DNA of 64,000 nucleotides from Candidatus Poseidoniaceae archaeon (GTDB taxonomy: Archaea > Thermoplasmatota > Poseidoniia > Poseidoniales > Poseidoniaceae), in the NCBI GenBank assembly GCA_949372645.1, contig CASIAP010000011.1:159006-223005 (forward strand). The letters run 5' to 3'. Of this stretch, positions 55,521 through 62,053 are shown one piece after another. Position numbers and translations under genes: made by a program. Every line of letters starts with the position of its first letter. The first letter of the stretch is position 1. The notes under the pieces were generated by a model. That model was not told the origin of the DNA, did no database searches, and worked only from the letters and a program-made list of their open reading frames with translations.

Positions 55521-57236
55521 ATGGTAAGTGATTTAGACATTGCACGTGCTGCTACACTGGAACCAATAGAGGCCATCGCTTGGAAATTGGGCATATCTTC
55601 TCATGAGTTAGTACCAATGGGTCGGGGCATGGCCAAAATCACTTGGGAAGCCCTCAGTCAGCGCTTTTCTAAACCGCAAGGAAGCCTCGTGCTTGTCACC
55701 TCGGTAAATCCAACTCCCTTTGGTGAGGGAAAGACTGTTACCACAATTGGGCTTACACAGGCGCTCTGTGCAATCGGTCAAAGTGCTACATGCGTCATCC
55801 GGGAACCTTCGATGGGTCCGGTCTTTGGCATCAAGGGCGGCGCAGCAGGTGGTGGACATTCGCAAGTAATTCCAATGGAAGACATCAACCTCCATTTTAC
55901 AGGAGATTTACACGCAGTCACTTCTGCACACAACCTTCTTTCTGCGTTAATTGATAACCACATCAAACAAGGAAATGATTCAGAATTACAACCAACCAAA
56001 GTATTCTGGCCTCGAGTGATCGATATGAATGACCGGTCACTCCGAGATGTTGTGATTGGCCTTGGTGGTTCACCCAATGGGAATACACGCCAAGACCGAT
56101 TCGACATTACTGCTGCAAGTGAAGTCATGGCAATTCTTGTTCTTGCCCAAGATTATGCAGACTTGCGTAAGAGAATCGGTGCCATTGTGATCGGTGAATC
56201 AGCGGGTGGTCATCCGGTAAAGGCAGAGGATATCGGTGCTGCAGGAGCAATGACCTTACTTCTACGAAATGCCTTCTTACCAAACATGGTTCAAACCCTC
56301 GAAGGAAATCCTGCTTTCATTCACGGCGGACCTTTTGCTAACATTGCACATGGAAACTCCAGTATCATTGCTGATCGATTAGCATTGGGTGCTGCAGATA
56401 TTGTCGTTACAGAGGCAGGATTTGGCTCGGATATGGGTGCTGAGAAGTTCATGCATATCAAAGCGGCAAACTCTGGTAAAGCGCCAGATTGCGTAGTGAT
56501 GAATGTCACGGTCCGTTCAATGAAACTCCATGGAGGTGCATTTGGAAGTCGTGGTGGATACCGACCAACAAAAGAAGAATTGGAAAATGAAGATGTCGAT
56601 GCCGTTCTTCGAGGTGCGCAAGGTAATTTAGATCGCCACATCAAGAATATGTCAGGATTTGGAATGCCAGTTCTTGTATCAATCAACCGCTTTTATTCTG
56701 ACACTGATGCTGAACTCGATGCACTCAAAATGGCTGCTCAGAAGAGTGGAGCAACGCATGTGTCTTTGACTGAAGTTCATGCCAATGGCGGACAAGGCGG
56801 GGAAGATTTGGCCAAGGCGGTTGTTGCTGCAGTTCATGACCACGTAGCCAATGGCCGTCCATTCACTCCTTTGTTCACACCAGAAACTCCGGTCCTTGAC
56901 AAAATGAATGCAATTGCTACACGCATCTACAAAGCAGAAGGTGTTGAAATCAGCACTTCCGCAATGAAGCAACTCGCCAAATTCCAAGCTTGGGGCTATG
57001 ACCATCTCCCGGTATGTATGGCCAAAACTCAATACTCTTTTTCACACGACCCAGGAAAACTAGGGGCACCTGTTGGGTTTACAATTCCTGTAAAGGAGTT
57101 CCGACTCAACGCAGGAGCTGGATTTATTGTGGCCATACTCGGAAACATGATGACCATGCCCGGATTGCCAAAACGACCTGCTGCACTTGATATGGACATG
57201 GACGAAGAAGGACGTCTCACTGGCGTCTTTGGGTGA
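55521..57236 (+). CDS. fhs: Formate-tetrahydrofolate ligase
   Basis: MVSDLDIARAA..PIEAIA start and the TPFGEGKTVTTIGL nucleotide-binding loop, collinear through the C-terminal MPGLPKRPAA. ATG 55521 preferred over GTG 55419. Confidence 0.9.
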   Translation: MVSDLDIARAATLEPIEAIAWKLGISSHELVPMGRGMAKITWEALSQRFSKPQGSLVLVTSVNPTPFGEGKTVTTIGLTQALCAIGQSATCVIREPSMGPVFGIKGGAAGGGHSQVIPMEDINLHFTGDLHAVTSAHNLLSALIDNHIKQGNDSELQPTKVFWPRVIDMNDRSLRDVVIGLGGSPNGNTRQDRFDITAASEVMAILVLAQDYADLRKRIGAIVIGESAGGHPVKAEDIGAAGAMTLLLRNAFLPNMVQTLEGNPAFIHGGPFANIAHGNSSIIADRLALGAADIVVTEAGFGSDMGAEKFMHIKAANSGKAPDCVVMNVTVRSMKLHGGAFGSRGGYRPTKEELENEDVDAVLRGAQGNLDRHIKNMSGFGMPVLVSINRFYSDTDAELDALKMAAQKSGATHVSLTEVHANGGQGGEDLAKAVVAAVHDHVANGRPFTPLFTPETPVLDKMNAIATRIYKAEGVEISTSAMKQLAKFQAWGYDHLPVCMAKTQYSFSHDPGKLGAPVGFTIPVKEFRLNAGAGFIVAILGNMMTMPGLPKRPAALDMDMDEEGRLTGVFG

Positions 57237-57241
57237 ACTGA

Positions 57242-58306
57242 ATGAAGATTCTCAAGCGTGAACCGCAACTTTGGCGTCTCAGAATAGAGACTGAAGATGA
57301 TTTGTGGACGCTTGCACGTCTCGCTCGAAAAGGTATGCACATTGGAATGCTTGGTGAACGTCGCGACCAGACGACTGGTGGTGAAGAAGGTGGGAGAGCG
57401 AAATCTGCTGAACGGAAGAAAATGTGGATACGGCTTCGTATTGAAAATACAGAATATCAAACCTTTAACGAGAATCTTCGTGTTCATGGAACGATTGAAG
57501 AAGCACACTTTGATATTGGAATGCATCACACTCATATCGTTGAAATACGAGATGAAGTCGAACTGACCTCTGTTCATTTCTTTTCCTCATCAGACAAAGA
57601 CTTGCTTAGGCAAGCTGAAAAGGCATCTGGACAGACGCATGTGGTTCTGGCAGTTGTAGAAACTGATGAAGTGGTATTGTTTCACGTCACTGCGCGAGGA
57701 TTGCGTGAAGGAGCCACATGGACAATGCGAGGTGGTGGAAAGCGTGGTGAAATCCGTCAATCTGCTGGAATTGCTGCTACTTTCCGCTCCAAAGTAATCG
57801 GAGCTCTTATTGATACTTTAGGAGAAAATACTCCACTCGTGGTATGTGGACCTGGCCATGCCCGGGATGCTTTGCTCAGTGATCTAAAAGCAGCAGGTGA
57901 AACTCGCATGATGAAATCAATTGCAACTTCAATGGCAGGAAGAGCTGGTGCCAATGAAATCCTTCGTGAAGGTTTGGCAGGTGATCTTCTCAGTGAACAT
58001 GCCATCACACGTGAAATCTCACTCATCGAAAATGCTTGGGAACGTTTGTCGACCAATGGTGCGGTTGCTTATGGACCAATGGCTTTAATCAAGGCAATGG
58101 AGGAAGGTGCAATCGAAACAGTACTTATTTCAGCAGACCTTTTACGAGCTGAAAATGAGTACATTGGGAAACAAACATGGATGGAGTGGGCAAATGGGCT
58201 ATCAGATATTGGGGCTGAACTTGTTCAGTGTTCGACCGATCATGACGCTGGTCAACAACTTCTCGGCCTCGGGGGAGTAATCGCTTTACTCCGATATGCA
58301 ATGTAA
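57242..58306 (+). CDS. pelA: mRNA surveillance / ribosome rescue factor Pelota
   Basis: MKILKRE..LRIETEDDLWTLARL N domain, with central and eRF1-like C domains. 354 aa. Confidence 0.88.
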   Translation: MKILKREPQLWRLRIETEDDLWTLARLARKGMHIGMLGERRDQTTGGEEGGRAKSAERKKMWIRLRIENTEYQTFNENLRVHGTIEEAHFDIGMHHTHIVEIRDEVELTSVHFFSSSDKDLLRQAEKASGQTHVVLAVVETDEVVLFHVTARGLREGATWTMRGGGKRGEIRQSAGIAATFRSKVIGALIDTLGENTPLVVCGPGHARDALLSDLKAAGETRMMKSIATSMAGRAGANEILREGLAGDLLSEHAITREISLIENAWERLSTNGAVAYGPMALIKAMEEGAIETVLISADLLRAENEYIGKQTWMEWANGLSDIGAELVQCSTDHDAGQQLLGLGGVIALLRYAM

Positions 58307-58317
58307 GAGGTGAACTT

Positions 58318-58626
58318 ATGAGAGTCGTAACCCTTGCCGATTTGAAAGAAGATCAGAGAGCCGATATGCATGGTGCTCGATGGTTGATACTTACAGCAAG
58401 TGAACTTCAGCGCTCTACCTCTTTGCTCATGTTTACTGAATTAGATGATATTTTAGTTGCAGTAGACCATCGAGGTACAATTCCAGCAGATGGACTATGG
58501 CAACGAGCAGTTCACCTCATCGTAATCGATGGAACACAAACTGAAGCTGAGGCGTTCCGTCGTCGTTCAGGAATTACAAAGGTTATTGCTGATGTGGATG
58601 AAGACATACGCACATTTCTTTGGTAA
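58318..58626 (+). CDS. Hypothetical 102-aa protein
   Basis: ATG preceded by GAGGTGA. No motif recognised. The stop codon abuts the 3' end of the antisense tRNA-Val gene. Confidence 0.4.
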   Translation: MRVVTLADLKEDQRADMHGARWLILTASELQRSTSLLMFTELDDILVAVDHRGTIPADGLWQRAVHLIVIDGTQTEAEAFRRRSGITKVIADVDEDIRTFLW

Positions 58627-58699
58627 TGGGTCTGGAGGGATTTGAACCCTCGATCAACGCCGTGTAAGGGCGGTGTCATAACCACTAGACCACAGACCC
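58627..58699 (-). tRNA. tRNA-Val (UAC anticodon)
   Basis: Hand fold of the reverse complement: GGGTCTG-TG-GTCT-AGTGGTTA-TGAC-A-CCGCC-CTTACAC-GGCGT-TGATC-GAGGG-TTCAAAT-CCCTC-CAGACCC-A. One C:U mismatch at 27:43; CCA not encoded. Confidence 0.85.
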
Positions 58700-58766
58700 A
58701 ACCACTCCTGTGAGAAGATGTTATTGAAGGCATTGATGTATGGGTTAACATCAAAACTGAGGAACA

Positions 58767-59471
58767 ATGCCCTTGGATTCAATGGATGAAGATGTACAGG
58801 CTGCTGCAGCCCGTCTCGTACGACGCATCAAAGAAGGTGGTCACAGCATTACTGTTGCTGAATCATGCACTGGTGGACTCTTAGCGAGTGCTTTCACGGA
58901 CATTGCTGGTGCTTCTTCTTGGTTCAACCAAGCATGGATCACCTATTCCAATGACGCAAAAATCAAAGAATTAGATGTCCGAGCAGAATCAATTGAGAAG
59001 AAAGGTGCTGTTTCCGCTGAAGTAGCGATTCAAATGGCTCAAGGTGCATTAAAAAATGCAAATGCCGACATTGCAATTTCAATCACAGGAATCGCTGGAC
59101 CGAAAAACGATGGAACCAATAAAAAAGTCGGGCTCGTCTATGTTGGAATCGCATCCAATAACTGGGCGAATGCAGAATCCACTCAAATCGGCGGCAATCG
59201 TGCAGAAAATAAAATTGGCTTCGTTCATTTCGCACTCCTCTCAACCATCAAACGATGGGATGAAGCCATGGTTCAAGCTGAAGAGCATCGAAAAGAAATG
59301 GAGCGGATAAGGGCTGAACAAGAATCGGAGAAACTTCAATTCGAATTAGATCGAGCAAAAAGAGAAGCAGATGCTCGAGAATCAGCCCCTTGGCAAGATG
59401 ATGCATGGGATGGCGAAGGGGCACCACCCGGGTCGGATTCATCCCTGGATAACGAAGCTGAGTGGGATTGA
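58767..59471 (+). CDS. pncC: CinA C-terminal domain / NMN amidohydrolase (PncC-like) with a charged coiled-coil extension
   Basis: ITVAESCTGGLLA, YSNDAKIKEL, GAVSAEVAIQMAQGA and ISITGIAGP motifs, plus an extra ~70-aa E/R/K-rich and acidic Trp-containing C terminus. Confidence 0.8.
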   Translation: MPLDSMDEDVQAAAARLVRRIKEGGHSITVAESCTGGLLASAFTDIAGASSWFNQAWITYSNDAKIKELDVRAESIEKKGAVSAEVAIQMAQGALKNANADIAISITGIAGPKNDGTNKKVGLVYVGIASNNWANAESTQIGGNRAENKIGFVHFALLSTIKRWDEAMVQAEEHRKEMERIRAEQESEKLQFELDRAKREADARESAPWQDDAWDGEGAPPGSDSSLDNEAEWD

Positions 59472-59534
59472 GCCGATTAAAAGTGAACCGTTCAAACCGG
59501 TGTGCTTTTGGAGCGGAGGCGTCACCTCCAATGC

Positions 59535-61139
59535 ATGGGTGCGACCGAGGAGCAGATGACTGCGCTCTTACGGCAACGAGGATTCCTCCCAACTGCTTCT
59601 ATACGCTCGCAGTTAATGAAGCTGGAGAATCTCGAAGAAGTGTTGAATTGCGCCTCAGATGTGGGCTTTGAAAAGGGTTTCCTCACACATGAAATTCTCG
59701 AATCGATGGTGAACGTTTGGAATCTACGGACGACCGAGAACAACAAAAAAACACCCGTAACGGCTGTTAGAGAAGCTGCTCCAATCTTAGGAAGAACAAT
59801 TGCTCCAATTGGGACACCAGAGCCTCTCGATTTGAAATTTCGAAATAATTTACCAGATTGGAATACTGCTGATTTTAGTGAAAACGCATCTGATGCTCCG
59901 AGTGATATTTTGGTTCACTATGACATCACAGGTAACAGCATCACTGAAGGGAAAATGAGCGACATTACTGCTTGTTTCACGGACCGTTTGCAAAGTATTC
60001 GCAAGATGATTATCCAAAACTCTCGGCTTCCACGAACACCAACAGAAATCTCACGGCTTCATGCAGAAAGTAGCCGATATCAAGGTTATGAAAATAAGGC
60101 AGTGGCTATTGGATTGGTCAACGAACCTCGCTATACCAAGAATGGACATCTCATGTGGAGATTGGAAGATGAAACAGGAGAGTTGACCTGCTTGCTTACC
60201 AAGCGAAAGGGTGATGATCGTGATCGAGCCCAGGAACAAATTTTGGAAGCCGGACTCATGCCTGATGATGTACTTGGTGTCTCGGGAACATTCAGTCAAA
60301 CAGGTGATTTATTCTATGTAGATGACCTTCATTTCCCAATGGAGGCCAGTCATAAGAAGGCTTCAGCCGAACATGGCATCAGCGTAGCATTTCTCTCAGA
60401 TATTCACGTAGGTTCGAAGACATTCTTAGAAGCACAGTGGCACAAGATGGTTCGTTGGTTCCACTCTGACCCGCTGGCAAAGACAATTAAATATCTCATT
60501 TTGTCAGGAGATTGCGTCGATGGTGTTGGCATTTATCCCGGACAGGATAGCGAACTTTCGATACCAGACCTGTTTGGTCAATATGCTGAGTTTGCTCGGT
60601 TGTTGGAATTACTACCCGAATGGGTCGAATGTGTGATGTTACCTGGTAATCACGATGCTGTACGGCCTGCAGAACCCCAACCGACTTTTGCCAAGGATAT
60701 TCAGCAGGATTACAATACGACTACTTTTGTCGGAAACCCATGTGATTTCTCACTCCATGGTGTCCGACTCCTCTCCTACCATGGAAAATCCATTGACGAT
60801 TTTGTAGCAGGTCTTCGGAACGTCACCTATGCCGATCCCGTTGAAGCAATGCGACAAATGCTCCGTCGCAGACACCTTGCCCCCCAATGGGGAGGTAAAA
60901 CACCACTTTCTCCTGAGCCAGAAGATGGACTCGTGATTCGAGAGGTTCCAGATATTTTTGTCACTGGGCACGTACATGGTCATGCATGTGTCGACTTCAA
61001 GGGTACCACACTGATTTGTTCAAGCACTTGGCAAGATCAAACCTCATACCAACGGATGCTCGGATTTCAGCCAAAACCTTGTATGTTGACAATTGTTAAT
61101 CTGAAGAGTCATGCGACAACTGCCATTCCCTTTGCATGA
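59535..61139 (+). CDS. DNA polymerase II (PolD) small subunit DP1
   Basis: Calcineurin-like phosphoesterase motifs LSDIHVGS, SGDCVDGVG, PGNHD and GHVHG, with OB-like and N-terminal helical regions. ATG 59535 preferred over TTG 59502. Confidence 0.88.
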   Translation: MGATEEQMTALLRQRGFLPTASIRSQLMKLENLEEVLNCASDVGFEKGFLTHEILESMVNVWNLRTTENNKKTPVTAVREAAPILGRTIAPIGTPEPLDLKFRNNLPDWNTADFSENASDAPSDILVHYDITGNSITEGKMSDITACFTDRLQSIRKMIIQNSRLPRTPTEISRLHAESSRYQGYENKAVAIGLVNEPRYTKNGHLMWRLEDETGELTCLLTKRKGDDRDRAQEQILEAGLMPDDVLGVSGTFSQTGDLFYVDDLHFPMEASHKKASAEHGISVAFLSDIHVGSKTFLEAQWHKMVRWFHSDPLAKTIKYLILSGDCVDGVGIYPGQDSELSIPDLFGQYAEFARLLELLPEWVECVMLPGNHDAVRPAEPQPTFAKDIQQDYNTTTFVGNPCDFSLHGVRLLSYHGKSIDDFVAGLRNVTYADPVEAMRQMLRRRHLAPQWGGKTPLSPEPEDGLVIREVPDIFVTGHVHGHACVDFKGTTLICSSTWQDQTSYQRMLGFQPKPCMLTIVNLKSHATTAIPFA

Positions 61140-61820
61140 TCATTCCAATTTCAAGTGTGGAAGAATATCTCGCAAATCCTTGCTGTGGATGACTGGAATA
61201 CCAGCTGATTGAAAAGCTGCAATCGATGATTCACGTGTCGGATTGAATCCAATGAACCGGCTTCCATCAACATGCATGGACAAGTCCATTTCAGAATCGC
61301 CAACGGAAACACAATTCTGGGGATCGAGATTATTCATCTCAAGCAATCGAAGTATGATCTTATTCTTACCGACAGCATGAAGTCGACATATGCCCTCATC
61401 AGAAAGGGTATTATCATCGTTAAAGATAAAGCCATTCGCAATCCAATCATCGACCTTCAACATGGATGCGATTGAAGAAACAAATAAATCAACTCCAGCA
61501 CTGACAATTGCTACAAACACACCATTCGCCTGAAGTTGCTCAACGACATGTCTTGCACCTTCCATCAATTTAACACCAGAATATGCCCGAAATAATTCAT
61601 CACGAGTTATTGGATCTTGGATGTCTTTCCACATCCGAATGTCAGAACGCATAAATTCAACATCTGTAAGTTCTCCACGGATGAAACGTTGGAGATTGAA
61701 GTCATTATCGGTACCGAAATGGTCGTGAAGAGTTCTCCATGAACTCACAGCATCAACCAATACTCCATCGCAATCAAAGACAACGCAGGTGGTTTTCGGA
61801 ATATCTGCTGAATTGCCCAT
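61140..61820 (-). CDS. HAD-superfamily hydrolase, phosphoserine phosphatase-like (subfamily IB)
   Basis: DxD motif VVFDCDGVLVD, VSAG, K..ILRLL, GDSEMD. Start MGNSADIPK (61820) preferred over the track start 61919. Confidence 0.75.
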   Translation of the reverse strand: MGNSADIPKTTCVVFDCDGVLVDAVSSWRTLHDHFGTDNDFNLQRFIRGELTDVEFMRSDIRMWKDIQDPITRDELFRAYSGVKLMEGARHVVEQLQANGVFVAIVSAGVDLFVSSIASMLKVDDWIANGFIFNDDNTLSDEGICRLHAVGKNKIILRLLEMNNLDPQNCVSVGDSEMDLSMHVDGSRFIGFNPTRESSIAAFQSAGIPVIHSKDLRDILPHLKLE

Positions 61821-61889
61821 GTGACTCAAGCCTCTGAGCACTGCCCTCCTTGAAAGGCTTCGCTCAATGAAAGAAGAAAAGAATGTAAC

Positions 61890-62022
61890 AAAAAAAAAGC
61901 CGAAGGCAGAGGGCCCCAATTATGGAAACCCTCTGCGATCGGATGGCTCTCTGCCTCCAAAGAGGCAGTCATCTCATCACGAGATGCGGAATACAGGGGG
62001 GTGGGGCATATTGCCCCACCCC
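61890..62022 (-). terminator. Three consecutive stem-loops followed (on the minus strand) by T9, downstream of the surface-protein gene
   Basis: GGGGTGGGGCA-TAT-TGCCCCACCCC (61998-62022, 11 bp), CTGCCTC-CAAA-GAGGCAG (61951-61968), GCAGAGGG-N15-CCCTCTGC (61906-61936), then A9 on the plus strand (61890-61898), which is T9 on the minus strand. Confidence 0.6.
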
Positions 62023-62053
62023 AATGTATCCATTTTTATCAGATACGGGTATC

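Noticed and set aside
57029-57577. 182-aa minus-strand ORF spanning the fhs/pelota junction.
   Set aside because: It overlaps two well-supported plus-strand genes and has no motifs and no hydrophobic or structured pattern.
2518-61139. Inteins in LonB, RFC small subunit or PolD small subunit, which are common archaeal intein hosts.
   Set aside because: All three proteins have normal lengths and contiguous motifs, with no Hint/endonuclease-like insertions.
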